A stretch of DNA of 64,000 bases from a virus (taxonomy: Duplodnaviria > Heunggongvirae > Uroviricota > Caudoviricetes). The DNA lies in the IMG/VR virus record IMGVR_UViG_3300027692_000003; one strand, given 5' to 3'. Under the pieces are notes generated by a model that was given only the letters and a program-made list of their open reading frames with translations, did no database searches and was not told the origin of the DNA. Made by a program: the position numbers and the translations under genes. The first letter of the stretch is position 1. The number at the start of each line of letters is the position of its first letter. Shown here one piece after another: positions 17,022 to 26,452 of the stretch.

Positions 17022-18623
17022 TTACAGGAACGGGGACTGCTGCACGCCACGTTTCGGCCGGTCAGTGTCATCCCCGGTCCAGAATTCGGGCTCGATCCAC
17101 TGGCCGTCGCGGGGCACCACGACCATCGCCGGGTTCATCGGCACGTACTCCCCGAGGACATCACCAGGCGCCGGCTTGGGCTCGTCGCCGATGACGGGGT
17201 ACCGGGGGCCGGTTCCGAGGTTCAGCAGCCAGTACCTGAGGTCGTCCATCAGGTGATCGGGAGCATCGGAGTTGGCGTCTTCCGGATCACCCTTGGTGGC
17301 GTGCGGGAGGTTCTCCAGCTCCCACCAGGTCTTGGTCAGGGTCCGGAAGAAGTGGATCATCGGGCACTCAGCCCACCCGAGTGCGCGGTGATGCGGGCAC
17401 GCGGGTCCGTCGGCCAGGTAGGTGTGGATCCGCTGCCAGCCCGCCACCCGCGAGCCCGGTCCCTTGCCGGCCGGGGTGAGGTGCACGCCGTTCTCGGCAT
17501 AAACCTGCGAGATCGGCTTCGCCTCGCCGCGGGTTGCCCACATCGCATCGTCACCGAGGCGGATGGTGATCTGCTCATCGTCGGTCTCGGCGGCGAGGAT
17601 CCGCTTCGCCTGGTCCGACTCCAGGACGCCGGCCTCGTAGATCTCCCTGTAGGCGTATGCCCTGCCGTCCTCATCGACGGCGCCCCACAGCACGGCCCAT
17701 GGCTTGGTGAAACCCCAGTCAACGGTGGAGTAGCGGCGCCACGACGATGGCAGCCGGAACGGGTCGATGACGTGCCGGTCCCACCGGATCTCCGGGAACA
17801 TCTGGCCGGCGAACTGTCCCCAGTCGCCATCGCGCATCGCCGCCCGCCGCGCGGGATCCTTGATCGAGTCGAGGCGGTGGCGGTAAGCGGCATCGAGGTA
17901 GGGATTATCGGTGGCCTTCGCCGGGATGAACCGCCGGGTCAGGCCGTGCTCATCGGTGACGACCTCGGCACCGCGCCCGGTCGGCTCCACATAGCGGTCC
18001 TTGACCTCGCCGTGTGAGGGGCCGCCGGGGTTGCTGGTCGACCTGATCCCCAGGACCGGGATACCGCGCGAGGAGCGGAGCCGTTCCAAGGCGATGACGT
18101 CAACCACGCCGGGAGGCAGGAGCGTACGTTCATCAACACACAGGAGCTGGTAGGCGCCCCCCTGGCGCTTGCTCGCATCCTCCAGGTTGTCCATGTACCG
18201 GAGCCGGATGACCGACCGGTTCAGGAAGGTCAGTTCCTTCTCGGTCTTGTTCCAGGACGCACCGAGCGCCCTAGCCCAGCTGATCTGCTGGAACTCCGGG
18301 TACACGCTCTCGGCGAGCTCGTCATAGGTACGACGCAGGATCAGGACCCGGATGCCCGGATACCGGACGCAGGCCCTGACGGATTCCATGACGATCGCGC
18401 AGGTCTTGCCGCCACCCGCCGCGCCGCCATAGAGGACGTCATCCTCGGTGGCGGCGTGGAAGAGTTCCTGCGGGCACTGGCCGCACGGCTCGGGCAGCCC
18501 GAGGTCGCCGCGGAGCTTCGCCGCGACGCGCGGCTTGCACGTCGGCTCGTAGCCGAGGATCTCGAACGCGTTGTCCGGCGGGTCCAGCTGGTCGGCGAGC
18601 GATGAGGCAAAGCCGGTCGCCAC
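17022..18623 (-). CDS. Terminase large subunit
   Basis: Start GTG 18623 (VATGFASS). YGGAAGGGKT Walker A, LCVDE Walker B, STSNPGGP, nuclease VDWGF...DHLMDDLRY. Confidence 0.95.
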   Translation of the reverse strand: MATGFASSLADQLDPPDNAFEILGYEPTCKPRVAAKLRGDLGLPEPCGQCPQELFHAATEDDVLYGGAAGGGKTCAIVMESVRACVRYPGIRVLILRRTYDELAESVYPEFQQISWARALGASWNKTEKELTFLNRSVIRLRYMDNLEDASKRQGGAYQLLCVDERTLLPPGVVDVIALERLRSSRGIPVLGIRSTSNPGGPSHGEVKDRYVEPTGRGAEVVTDEHGLTRRFIPAKATDNPYLDAAYRHRLDSIKDPARRAAMRDGDWGQFAGQMFPEIRWDRHVIDPFRLPSSWRRYSTVDWGFTKPWAVLWGAVDEDGRAYAYREIYEAGVLESDQAKRILAAETDDEQITIRLGDDAMWATRGEAKPISQVYAENGVHLTPAGKGPGSRVAGWQRIHTYLADGPACPHHRALGWAECPMIHFFRTLTKTWWELENLPHATKGDPEDANSDAPDHLMDDLRYWLLNLGTGPRYPVIGDEPKPAPGDVLGEYVPMNPAMVVVPRDGQWIEPEFWTGDDTDRPKRGVQQSPFL

Positions 18624-18634
18624 GCGGTCTCGTC

Positions 18635-19219
18635 CTAGGCCGCCGCGGGGGCCAGCCGGAGATGCCGGGCCACCAGGGTGCGCGCCTCGCGCTGCTTCTC
18701 GACAGGAAGGCCCATCTCCCCGAGGGCTGCGGTCAGGGCGGCCACCGTCATCGCCGCCTGCTGCTCGGTAACCTTGGTGAGCCGTTCCTCGATGTTCAGC
18801 TTGGCGATGTCGACCAGCAGCCGCCCGCACCGGTCCATGGCCCGCTCCAGGACGGCGACCTCGGCGCGGAGCTGCTCGCTGCTGCTCTCGCCTCCGCTTT
18901 CGTACCGGATGGAGCCGAGCTTGTTGACGAGTTCCCCGATGGTCTCCTCAAGCGCCAGGGCGCGGCCGGCGAGGCGCTGGAGGGCTTCGAGAGGGTCGTT
19001 GACCGGTCCCGCGTCATGCTTGTACAGGAGCTGCCGGGCCTGCTCGTTGATGGCGGCGATGCGGTTGCCCGGCATGCATCCGCCGTGCAGCTTGCACTGG
19101 CCGGCTCCGGCGTGGTCGGTGCCCCAGCCGGCCGGGCGGGTGCAGGTGCCTTCCCCCTGCTTCTTCTTCGCGCCGCACTTGGGCTTGTCATGGCGTGGCC
19201 CGGAAGCGGCTGCTGTCAT
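18635..19219 (-). CDS. Putative terminase small subunit (HGG-motif protein)
   Basis: CGAKKK..G..CTRPAGWGTDH.G.GQCKLHGG N-terminus, helical C-terminus; directly upstream of TerL. Confidence 0.75.
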   Translation of the reverse strand: MTAAASGPRHDKPKCGAKKKQGEGTCTRPAGWGTDHAGAGQCKLHGGCMPGNRIAAINEQARQLLYKHDAGPVNDPLEALQRLAGRALALEETIGELVNKLGSIRYESGGESSSEQLRAEVAVLERAMDRCGRLLVDIAKLNIEERLTKVTEQQAAMTVAALTAALGEMGLPVEKQREARTLVARHLRLAPAAA

Positions 19220-19524
19220 GGCGTGGCGCCGGAAGTCAGCGCTCGTGCGGCCTGGGTGCCTGCACGGCAGATGACGTTCTCGTACCACTCGCGGACGGGC
19301 CCGGGACCCGCGGCTGCGGCCATCTCGCGGAGCACGGGTTCCGGCGGGCAGTCACCGGGGTCATCCCATGCCTCCACTGGATCGTCGCGGAGGGCGGTGG
19401 TCCAGCCGGAACCGCAGCCTCGTGCGGGCAGCTCAGCGCAGCGGCGGGACAGGAGGGCGCGGACCAGCGTTTCCTGCCGCGAAGTGAGGGTGACGGCCTT
19501 GCCGGCAGTGGTCCAGCCTCGCAT
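19216..19524 (-). CDS. Hypothetical protein
   Basis: Start MRGWTT at 19524; ATGA overlap with the TerS start. Confidence 0.5.
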   Translation of the reverse strand: MRGWTTAGKAVTLTSRQETLVRALLSRRCAELPARGCGSGWTTALRDDPVEAWDDPGDCPPEPVLREMAAAAGPGPVREWYENVICRAGTQAARALTSGATP

Positions 19525-19573
19525 GGCGGCCCCTCCGGCGGTGATTGACCGGACCGGCCAGCCGCCGGTAATG

Positions 19574-19600
19574 TGTCGTAGTTGTCTTGACAGTAAGCCA
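19574..19600 (+). promoter_or_regulatory. Second copy of the TGTCGT..TT.TCTTGACA.TAAGCCA promoter/operator box
   Basis: 23/27 identical to 8163-8189; contains TTGACA; upstream of the counter-oriented gene at 19621. Confidence 0.7.
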
Positions 19601-19620
19601 TCGTGTCGTGAGGGAGGAAC

Positions 19621-20373
19621 GTGGAAGCCGCCCGGATCATTCTCGCCCTGACCGCCATCACTCGCGGTCTCGCCGGGGACGAGGCCGGGCCGGACCTGGC
19701 CGGGTTCCTCCCCGGGGAGGATCACGCTGCCGCTATTGCTCACGCGGTCGCGGAGGCCGGGGAGTGGCGGGCCGTCACCTGGCGGGGCGCCGTGCTGCGC
19801 GAGGGCATCGGGGTGTGGAAGGCCAGGTCCGGGAACCTCAGGACCACCAGCCGCGACCCTGGCGACGCGGAGCTGTTCCTCACCTGGGAGAGCGTGCTGG
19901 CGGTCATCGGCCGCGGGTGCCGGGACGGCAACCTGGAACGGTACGCCGCGGCGTCAGGGACGGCGAGGGCGGCGGCGGCGGAGCTGATCATCCGGCATGG
20001 CTGCGAGGCGGAGTGGCTGCAGCCCGGTCCTGGCGGCCTCCCGGACGCTGCTGAGCTGACCGCGGCGGTCCGGCAGCTGATCGGCGAGGCACGCGCCGCC
20101 GGGCGGCGGGATCCGCTGCGGGCGGCGGCCCGGCTCCTGGACCGGTTCAGGCCTGCGGTCGATGAGCCGGCCGACACGCGGAGAGCCGCTGATTGGCTGG
20201 GGATCCAGCCGGCATCGGTGTACCGGGAGAAGGACCGGGTGAACGCGGACGGGTCACCGCGGTGGGCGGAGCCGGACGGGAAGCACGGCAACTCGGAAGT
20301 GTGGACGTACCGGGCCATCGTCCTGGCCAGGGCCCAGATGCCCCGCAAGGGACGGCCCCGGAAAGACAGCTGA
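19621..20373 (+). CDS. Protein with C-terminal AlpA-like HTH
   Basis: TRRAADWLGIQPASVYR...RWAEPDG...WTY..I...RAQMPRKGRPRK; RBS gggagg. Confidence 0.7.
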   Translation: MEAARIILALTAITRGLAGDEAGPDLAGFLPGEDHAAAIAHAVAEAGEWRAVTWRGAVLREGIGVWKARSGNLRTTSRDPGDAELFLTWESVLAVIGRGCRDGNLERYAAASGTARAAAAELIIRHGCEAEWLQPGPGGLPDAAELTAAVRQLIGEARAAGRRDPLRAAARLLDRFRPAVDEPADTRRAADWLGIQPASVYREKDRVNADGSPRWAEPDGKHGNSEVWTYRAIVLARAQMPRKGRPRKDS

Positions 20374-20564
20374 TCCTGCCAGGGTGCCCGGCCCGCCGGG
20401 GTGCCGCCCCGTACCCCCGCGTGGGGTGAACGGGGGAGGTACGGGGCGGCTGCGGGTGCAGGCGGCAGCCAGGTGGCACTGCGCGGGACCGGGACGGCGT
20501 GGCGGCCGGTGACGGGCGGTGCGGGCACGGTAGCGTTCAGGTGAGTCAGAGGGGTTTGCGGGCT

Positions 20565-20912
20565 CTACGCGGTGGCCCGGCGGATGTCCCTGCCCCCGAG
20601 GGGTGTCACGCCGGGCACCGTACTCTCTGTGCGGCGGGTGGCGGCGCGGACGGCGGGATGCCGGGAATCACGCGGCCACCACGGCCGGGCTGCTTCCGGG
20701 AACGCCGACGTGACATGCTCCTCGAAGGACAGGTCGCTGCCGAGGGCGGCGCCGAGGATCTCGATGCCGGTCACGGTGCCGTCCGGGCCGTAGTCCACGA
20801 TCACCCTGCCGTCGAGCTGCTGCTGCCGTGCACTCGTACGGACGTCACCGACCGCGATGTAGACGGCGGACGCTGCCGGGTCGGCGGTGACCCGTACCGG
20901 GACAGGTGCCAT
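20565..20912 (-). CDS. DUF2283 family protein
   Basis: TADPAASAVYIAV...VIVDYGPDGTVTGIEILG pattern. Confidence 0.8.
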   Translation of the reverse strand: MAPVPVRVTADPAASAVYIAVGDVRTSARQQQLDGRVIVDYGPDGTVTGIEILGAALGSDLSFEEHVTSAFPEAARPWWPRDSRHPAVRAATRRTESTVPGVTPLGGRDIRRATA

Positions 20913-20989
20913 GGGCGGGGCCTGCCTCTCAGCGCCTGATGCCGGTGCGGCCCGGGTGACGTGCGTGCATGGTGTGCATGGTGTGCATG

Positions 20990-21223
20990 CTACGCGGTGA
21001 GGGAACGGGCGAACTCAGCCCAGTCCCTCGGGGGCGGCTCCCCGTACCTGATCGCGCGTTCCACCGCGGCCAGGGTGCGGACGTCGAACAGGGTGAGGCC
21101 GGTGCGGGTGCGGCCGAGACGGGGGATGCGGTACCGGGTGGCCCAGACATGGATTGTGCGGGGGGACCGGTGCAGCAGCACCGCGGCGTCCGCGGCGGTG
21201 ATGAGCGTGTCGTAGGGGTACAC
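20990..21223 (-). CDS. MerR/excisionase-like HTH protein
   Basis: LITAADAAVLLHRSPRTIHVWATR...LFDVRTL; GTG start at 21223. Confidence 0.65.
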   Translation of the reverse strand: MYPYDTLITAADAAVLLHRSPRTIHVWATRYRIPRLGRTRTGLTLFDVRTLAAVERAIRYGEPPPRDWAEFARSLTA

Positions 21224-21366
21224 GGACCCCCCGGCAACGCGGAATGCCCCCTGGTCACGTCCGGGAACCCGGCGACCAGAGGGCATGACTGTGGTGGATG
21301 TGATTCTTACACACAGGCAGCGGCGATGCCAAGCCATGCCAGCCGTGCCACGCCGGGACCCGGCGG

Positions 21367-22566
21367 TCACCCCGCACGCATACCGGGCATCCTGGGACCG
21401 AACACCCGCCGTGACATCACCGTCAGCAGGTCCCGCAGCACCCCGGAATGCTCCTGCCAGGTCCCCTCCGCCGCCACGTCACCGCCAGCGCGGACCGCCA
21501 GGACGGAGGTGACCCCGTCCGGGCCCGCGACAGCGGTGATGATGTCCCCGGCAGCCCATTCGGCCTGGATCCCGCCGTCCGGCAGCGGATAGTAGGCGGG
21601 GGGCATGAACTGGGGGCGCATCACCGCGACGATCACCTCATGGACCGCGGCGGCGGCGGCGGGGGTGACCTTGCGGGCACGGTGCCCGTCCCACCCGGCC
21701 GGGAGGGCGAGGAGGGCGGCGACCTTCGCGTTCATGTGGTTGATGTACCAGGCGCCGTGCGCGAGGAGGGCCGTCCAGCGGGCGTACTCGTCCTCATCCG
21801 GTGCATGCCGGCACATCGTGCAGCTGATCCTGTTCTCCCCGGCGGTCCGGACCAGGGTCAGGCTGTCGCAGCGGGGGCACGGGGCACCCATCTCCTCCCG
21901 TTCGAGGAAATGGCCGAGGATGTGGCGGGCGCGGCCGTGGAGGGCGATGATCTCCCCGGCCGCGTCGGTGCCGGACAGGTCCCGGACCACCTCCGCCCAC
22001 TCCGCCGAGACATGCACGATGCCGGTGTCGCCGGCCTCGACGTCCTCGATGCGGACCGCGCGGGTCACCGGCGCGGCCGGGAGTGACAGCAGCACCGCCA
22101 GGTTCATCGCCAGGGTCTGGACGTAGAGGGCGACGGCGACCATGTCGCGGCGGTGCCGGGCCGCCTGCGTGCCGGGGAAGTACCGGCCGGCGGTGTCCCG
22201 GACCCGCTCATCCCAGGAGGCGAGGACCGCGACGTACTCCCGTTTCAGGGCGTCGATGTCGAGGCGGACCGGGACCGGCGGGGTCCGGGACCCTGACACC
22301 CGCTCGGGGGTGCCGGATTTCTCCCCGGTCTCGGCGTCCAGGGCGTGGTACATCTCCGGGAGCTCGTCCAGGCACTGGGCGATGTGCCGTTCGCACGGGT
22401 CGCAGAGCGCTCTCGGGGTGAGGGCGGGGACCCGCTGGGTGCCCTCTATCCGGTACCCGCGGCACCAGGTCCCCTGCGCGCACGGGCTGAGATCAGCATT
22501 ATCGCTGGCGGGATGGTAGCTGGCGGGTGCGGGGAGGTCGGAGTGGTGCCTGGGAATGATGATCAC
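21367..22566 (-). CDS. Zn-finger protein at the head of the late operon (putative late-gene regulator)
   Basis: LCDPCE, RVSGSRTPPVPVRLD and APCPRC...ISCTMC motifs, as in actinophage proteins that precede terminase genes. Regulatory role inferred from position only. Confidence 0.6.
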   Translation of the reverse strand: MIIIPRHHSDLPAPASYHPASDNADLSPCAQGTWCRGYRIEGTQRVPALTPRALCDPCERHIAQCLDELPEMYHALDAETGEKSGTPERVSGSRTPPVPVRLDIDALKREYVAVLASWDERVRDTAGRYFPGTQAARHRRDMVAVALYVQTLAMNLAVLLSLPAAPVTRAVRIEDVEAGDTGIVHVSAEWAEVVRDLSGTDAAGEIIALHGRARHILGHFLEREEMGAPCPRCDSLTLVRTAGENRISCTMCRHAPDEDEYARWTALLAHGAWYINHMNAKVAALLALPAGWDGHRARKVTPAAAAAVHEVIVAVMRPQFMPPAYYPLPDGGIQAEWAAGDIITAVAGPDGVTSVLAVRAGGDVAAEGTWQEHSGVLRDLLTVMSRRVFGPRMPGMRAG

Positions 22567-22913
22567 CTCCGGGAAGATGATCCACGTATACGCGCCCCGG
22601 CCCGGCCCCGCGCGAACCGTGCTGCCAGCAGTTACGTGGCGTCAGCGCCGGACCGTCACCGATGCTGAGGGCCTCCGGTGCCTGACCGCCGCAAGACCAC
22701 GCCGGAGGCAGCCGGCGCGGAGACGGGACAATCCGGCGTGAGGGCTGACCAGATCTGGCGGGAAGCAGCAGGACATGCCGACCACGCCAGGGTGGCTCGC
22801 ATGCTCGCCCACGTCGAGGAGCAGCGCGCCCAGCTTCCCGCATCCCACAGGTGAGCGAGGAAGTGGCCGCTCCAGGGCTAGCGGTGCGGCAGCAGCAGTG
22901 CCGGTGCCTAGCC

Positions 22914-23252
22914 TCAGCCGGTGTAGACCTCCGGCGGGAGCCCGGCGGGATCCCGCAGGACCTCAGGTGCCAGGGACGATAGCGGCTGATGTTCCAGCAA
23001 CCGCGACTCCTCCGCGTCCCGCCGCATCCGTTCTTCGGCAGCGGCCGGCGACGGCGACCCGTACAGCATGCACCGTACGACCCGCTGCGCGGTTTCCCGG
23101 TCGACGCCTTCGTCGTCGAGGATCACTTCGAGCAGGTCCAGGGTGTCCCGCAGGACCGTCATCTCGTATTTGTAGAGGCCGTCGAGGCCTGAATCGGGCG
23201 GCACGCATCGGCGCCGGAAGTAGTTCTCCACGAGAGCGTGCGTGTATCCCAC
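22914..23252 (-). CDS. Hypothetical protein
   Basis: 112 aa, globular-looking composition. Confidence 0.6.
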   Translation of the reverse strand: MGYTHALVENYFRRRCVPPDSGLDGLYKYEMTVLRDTLDLLEVILDDEGVDRETAQRVVRCMLYGSPSPAAAEERMRRDAEESRLLEHQPLSSLAPEVLRDPAGLPPEVYTG

Positions 23253-23433
23253 GCCCGCGACGCTACCAGCCGGGGTACCGCACTGGCCGCATCGTCAACG
23301 TCAGACACGCCAGTACCTCCGCATAACGTGATCATCTTCCGTCCGCCCCTCCCCTCCGTGATCTGTGTGTTACGTTCCGGCCTACGCGCCGCGAGTCGCG
23401 CCAGGGCGGCGACCCACGACACCCGGAGGGTGC

Positions 23434-24147
23434 ATGAGTACTGGTTACGGGCACGACGCGACAGCAGCCGGCTTCAGGCCGCGCCGTCACAAGGCCCCAG
23501 GCGCGGCGGCACGGGCAGCCGGGAAGGCAGCACCGCCCCTGGCCATCGCAGGCCTCCTGTTCGGGTTCCCCCACCCCGGCACCCAGCCACGGCACATCAC
23601 CGTGAAAGCCGGGGACACGCTCTCCGGCATCTCCGCCAGCCTCTACGGGAACCCCGCCGGCTGGCATGCCCTGTACGCCGCGAACCGGGGCGTGATCACC
23701 GACCCGGACCGGATCTTCCCGGGTGAGGTCCTCACCGTCCCCGCCGCCGCAGTCCGCCCTGGGGGCGCCCTGGCGGTCACATCCGGCCAGCAGGGCACCT
23801 ACCGGCCCCGGCACGCGAAACGGCCCGTCACCGTCCTCCAGGACCAGGTGACCGGCGGCACCCTCGGCTGCGGAGGCCTCGAAGACCTGTGGGAAGACGC
23901 AGGCGGCGCCGCCGGCGAGGCTGAGGTGGCGGCGTCGGTCGCGATGGCGGAATCCGGCGGGAACCAGTACGCCCTCAGCCCCACCGACGACTACGGGTAC
24001 TGGCAGATCAACGGCTCCTGGGGGCCGGCCCTCGCCACCTTCGATGCCATGGGCAACGCCCGTGCCGCCGTGCAGATCTCCTCGGACGGCGACGACTGGG
24101 CCCCGTGGACCACTTACACCGACGGTGCCTACGCAGGACGCTGCTGA
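23434..24147 (+). CDS. LysM domain + lysozyme-like/SLT transglycosylase
   Basis: TVKAGDTLSGIS...W.ALYAANR..I.DPDRIFPGEVLTVP (LysM); VAMAESGGN...YGYWQIN...NARAA..I..G.DW.PW.TY (SLT-like with catalytic Glu). Confidence 0.9.
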   Translation: MSTGYGHDATAAGFRPRRHKAPGAAARAAGKAAPPLAIAGLLFGFPHPGTQPRHITVKAGDTLSGISASLYGNPAGWHALYAANRGVITDPDRIFPGEVLTVPAAAVRPGGALAVTSGQQGTYRPRHAKRPVTVLQDQVTGGTLGCGGLEDLWEDAGGAAGEAEVAASVAMAESGGNQYALSPTDDYGYWQINGSWGPALATFDAMGNARAAVQISSDGDDWAPWTTYTDGAYAGRC

Positions 24148-24165
24148 ACACGAGGGAGTTAAGAC

Positions 24166-24205
24166 GGAGGGCCGGTCCTGTGCCTGCTGCCGGGGCCGGC
24201 CCTCC
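24166..24205 (+). terminator. GC-rich hairpin after the LysM gene
   Basis: ggagggccgg (24166-24175) / ccggccctcc (24196-24205). Confidence 0.55.
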
Positions 24206-24254
24206 GCGCTCGCGACGGCTCCAGCTGCTTTCCCCGTCGCCGGGTCACACTTTG

Positions 24255-24308
24255 CTTACCTTCCCGGATAGCACTTGTATGTCGTAGGACTCAGGATAGT
24301 CTGTACAC
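24255..24308 (+). promoter_or_regulatory. Conserved box plus promoter of a probable leaderless transcript
   Basis: cttaccttcccggatagcacttgtatgtc; TTGTAT-16 nt-TAGTCT; ATG 6 nt after the -10 and no RBS. Confidence 0.6.
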
Positions 24309-24578
24309 ATGAATCCTGATACGGACCGGTGGGTCCGCAGCGACGAGGCCCGGAACAAGCTCCGGGACCTGCTCGACGAAGTGACCCGCGGCGGCGCGCA
24401 CGTCTACGTGCTGCGCTACGACAAGCCAGAGGCCGTCATCGTGCCCGTCGGGTGGTACGAGGAGATGCGGGCCGTGCTGGCCGACCACGACATCAAGGCC
24501 GGACCGCACTCCGAGGACACCTCGAAAGAGCAGCTCGCTGCCTACCGGCACGCGGACGGCTCAGGTGAACCGCAGTGA
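24309..24578 (+). CDS. Phd/YefM-family antitoxin-like protein
   Basis: SDEARNKLRDLLDEVTRGGAHVYVLRYDKPEAVIVPVGWYE. Confidence 0.85.
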   Translation: MNPDTDRWVRSDEARNKLRDLLDEVTRGGAHVYVLRYDKPEAVIVPVGWYEEMRAVLADHDIKAGPHSEDTSKEQLAAYRHADGSGEPQ

Positions 24579-25129
24579 GCGCCACCTTCCCGGCCGTAGC
24601 CGGCTGGCCCCTCAGCGGCACAGCAGACCCCGCCGAAGCCGCAGCAGCCTTCGACCGCCTCCAGCTCCCCGACTCTGCCGGCGAGGACCTGTGCCCGTGG
24701 CCTGACCCCGCCAGCCTGGCCGCAGCCGTCCAGGACGGCACCCTGACCCTCTTCGAGGGAACCGGGACGGCCCGTGCCCTCTACGTCACCCGCGCGGCAC
24801 TGGCGGCGCTCCCAGACGGTGACCACGACGGACTGCGGCCCCGCGCGAGCGTCCGGCTGGAGGCACGCCGCGCCCTCATGCGCCTGCTCATCTCATCGTT
24901 CACCGCGTTCATCGCAGGGGCTGACACCGGTCACCTCGCCGCCGTCGCCGCTTTCCGCGTCAAGGACGGGACACAGGTCCCGTCCGGCCTGGGCGGCACC
25001 GTCCCAGGCGAATCGCTGGTCCTCGCCCTCTGGGATGAGGTCCGCGAGCCTGTCCTTGAGGCCGCTGCCGCCTGGGAAGCCGAGAACGCCGACCCCGCTG
25101 GCACGCGCTGGCCCGGCGAGAACTACTGA
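24575..25129 (+). CDS. Hypothetical protein coupled to Phd-like gene
   Basis: 184 aa, GTGA overlap. Confidence 0.7.
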   Translation: MSATFPAVAGWPLSGTADPAEAAAAFDRLQLPDSAGEDLCPWPDPASLAAAVQDGTLTLFEGTGTARALYVTRAALAALPDGDHDGLRPRASVRLEARRALMRLLISSFTAFIAGADTGHLAAVAAFRVKDGTQVPSGLGGTVPGESLVLALWDEVREPVLEAAAAWEAENADPAGTRWPGENY

Positions 25130-25156
25130 CCGCGCGGCGAGAGGAGACCCGCCATC

Positions 25157-25540
25157 ATGACCACCACCCATCCCGAGGTTGAGGCCAGCTTCCGCGCAGA
25201 CGGCCACGGCGGGTTCATCTCCCGCAACGGCGGCGGGTTCGTCTCCTGCCCGCCCTACGTCATCGCCGCCGCAGCGGCCCGCGCAGCCGCGGGCTTGCTG
25301 GTGCTGCCCGAGGGTTACGGCACGCACATCCTGGAACAGGTCAAGAACCTCACCGGATGGGCGGAACGAGACGTGCACGTCTCGGGACGGCAGGCTGAGG
25401 AACTCGCCGAGATCGGGCGGCAGCTCCTCGCGGCCGGCGAGGAGAAGATCAGCCCGCCGCTGGGTTACTTCGAGCGGCAGTCGGTAGAGCACCTCGTACG
25501 GCTCACTGAGGCCGTGAAGACAGGAGACCAGAAGTCATGA
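25157..25540 (+). CDS. Hypothetical protein
   Basis: 127 aa, RBS gaggag. Confidence 0.7.
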   Translation: MTTTHPEVEASFRADGHGGFISRNGGGFVSCPPYVIAAAAARAAAGLLVLPEGYGTHILEQVKNLTGWAERDVHVSGRQAEELAEIGRQLLAAGEEKISPPLGYFERQSVEHLVRLTEAVKTGDQKS

Positions 25541-26118
25541 CCGCCGAGACCACGACGGCAGCGCAGCTCACAGGCCGCAACCAGAGCGGCTGGCTGGCAG
25601 CGTTCTGGACCGAGGACGGCAAGATCGCCTACCGGGTGATCGCGACCCCGGCGAAGAACTTCGACGCCGGCCTGATGATCTGCTACGGCTGGTCCGGCAG
25701 CGTGAAGCCGTCCTACGAGCACTTCGGCGGCGACGTGGGCGAGACGCTGGCCTGGGCCGCCAGCTACACCGGAGGCTACGAGCCGGTCACCGGGTACCCG
25801 CTGCACGCTTTCTGCAACCGGTGCGGTGAGCCTGTCTCCCTCGATGAGGGCAGTAGCGGCTGGCACCACGACGCGGCAGGAAGCCGCGACCTCATGCCGT
25901 ACCGGAGTCCGCAGCCGCTGCCGGGGCCGTTCGTCCAGTGCGAGCCGGCCGGCGGCGAAGAGACAACCGTGGCCGTCCTCACCTGCGGTCACATGAAGCG
26001 GCTGCCCGTACCGGTAGAGCTGCCAGACGTAACCATGTGCGGGGTCTGCGACCCGGACATGGAGAGGGAGATCACCGCGATAGTCGGTGACGGGGACGAG
26101 ACAGGAGACCAGACATGA
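25537..26118 (+). CDS. Hypothetical protein with Cys motifs
   Basis: 193 aa, CNRC and CGVC, ATGA overlaps at both ends. Confidence 0.7.
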   Translation: MTAETTTAAQLTGRNQSGWLAAFWTEDGKIAYRVIATPAKNFDAGLMICYGWSGSVKPSYEHFGGDVGETLAWAASYTGGYEPVTGYPLHAFCNRCGEPVSLDEGSSGWHHDAAGSRDLMPYRSPQPLPGPFVQCEPAGGEETTVAVLTCGHMKRLPVPVELPDVTMCGVCDPDMEREITAIVGDGDETGDQT

Positions 26119-26381
26119 CCGGCCGCGAGCTGCCCCTAGCCGAGCGCATCAAGCAGATGCGCGACCGCGACCGCCGTCACGCGGAACTCATGGCGCTCCC
26201 CGTCAAGGCCGTATGCGAGTGCATCAGCCGGGCAGGCGAGAACTTTTGGGGCGGCTTCCGCTTCGGTGACGACCCGCAGTGCCCGGGCCACGGCATCCGC
26301 GCAGTATCAGCCCGCGAGCTCACAGACGGCGAGCTCGACCAGCTCCGCGAGGACATGGGCTATGACACCTACGAGCGCTGA
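26115..26381 (+). CDS. Hypothetical protein
   Basis: 88 aa, CEC...CPGH. Confidence 0.65.
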   Translation: MTGRELPLAERIKQMRDRDRRHAELMALPVKAVCECISRAGENFWGGFRFGDDPQCPGHGIRAVSARELTDGELDQLREDMGYDTYER

Positions 26382-26452
26382 GATTTCCAGACTGGCGGGG
26401 CGCATTTATCCAGGCTGTCGGGGTGATCGTGTGCCCGGTTAAGTGACAGTTC

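Noticed and set aside
14504-17194. 896-aa plus-strand ORF, and similar long ORFs at 3246-4541, 6507-7820, 10838-12517, 31274-32674 and 52579-53703
   Set aside because: Antisense shadows of well-supported genes on the other strand; high GC suppresses stops; no recognisable motifs.
20965-20990. 3 x 9-bp gtgcatggt tandem repeat
   Set aside because: Short, near gene ends, with no evident functional context.
23253-23433. c-di-AMP (ydaO) riboswitch upstream of the LysM gene
   Set aside because: Expected by context, but I could not find the conserved riboswitch segments in this leader.
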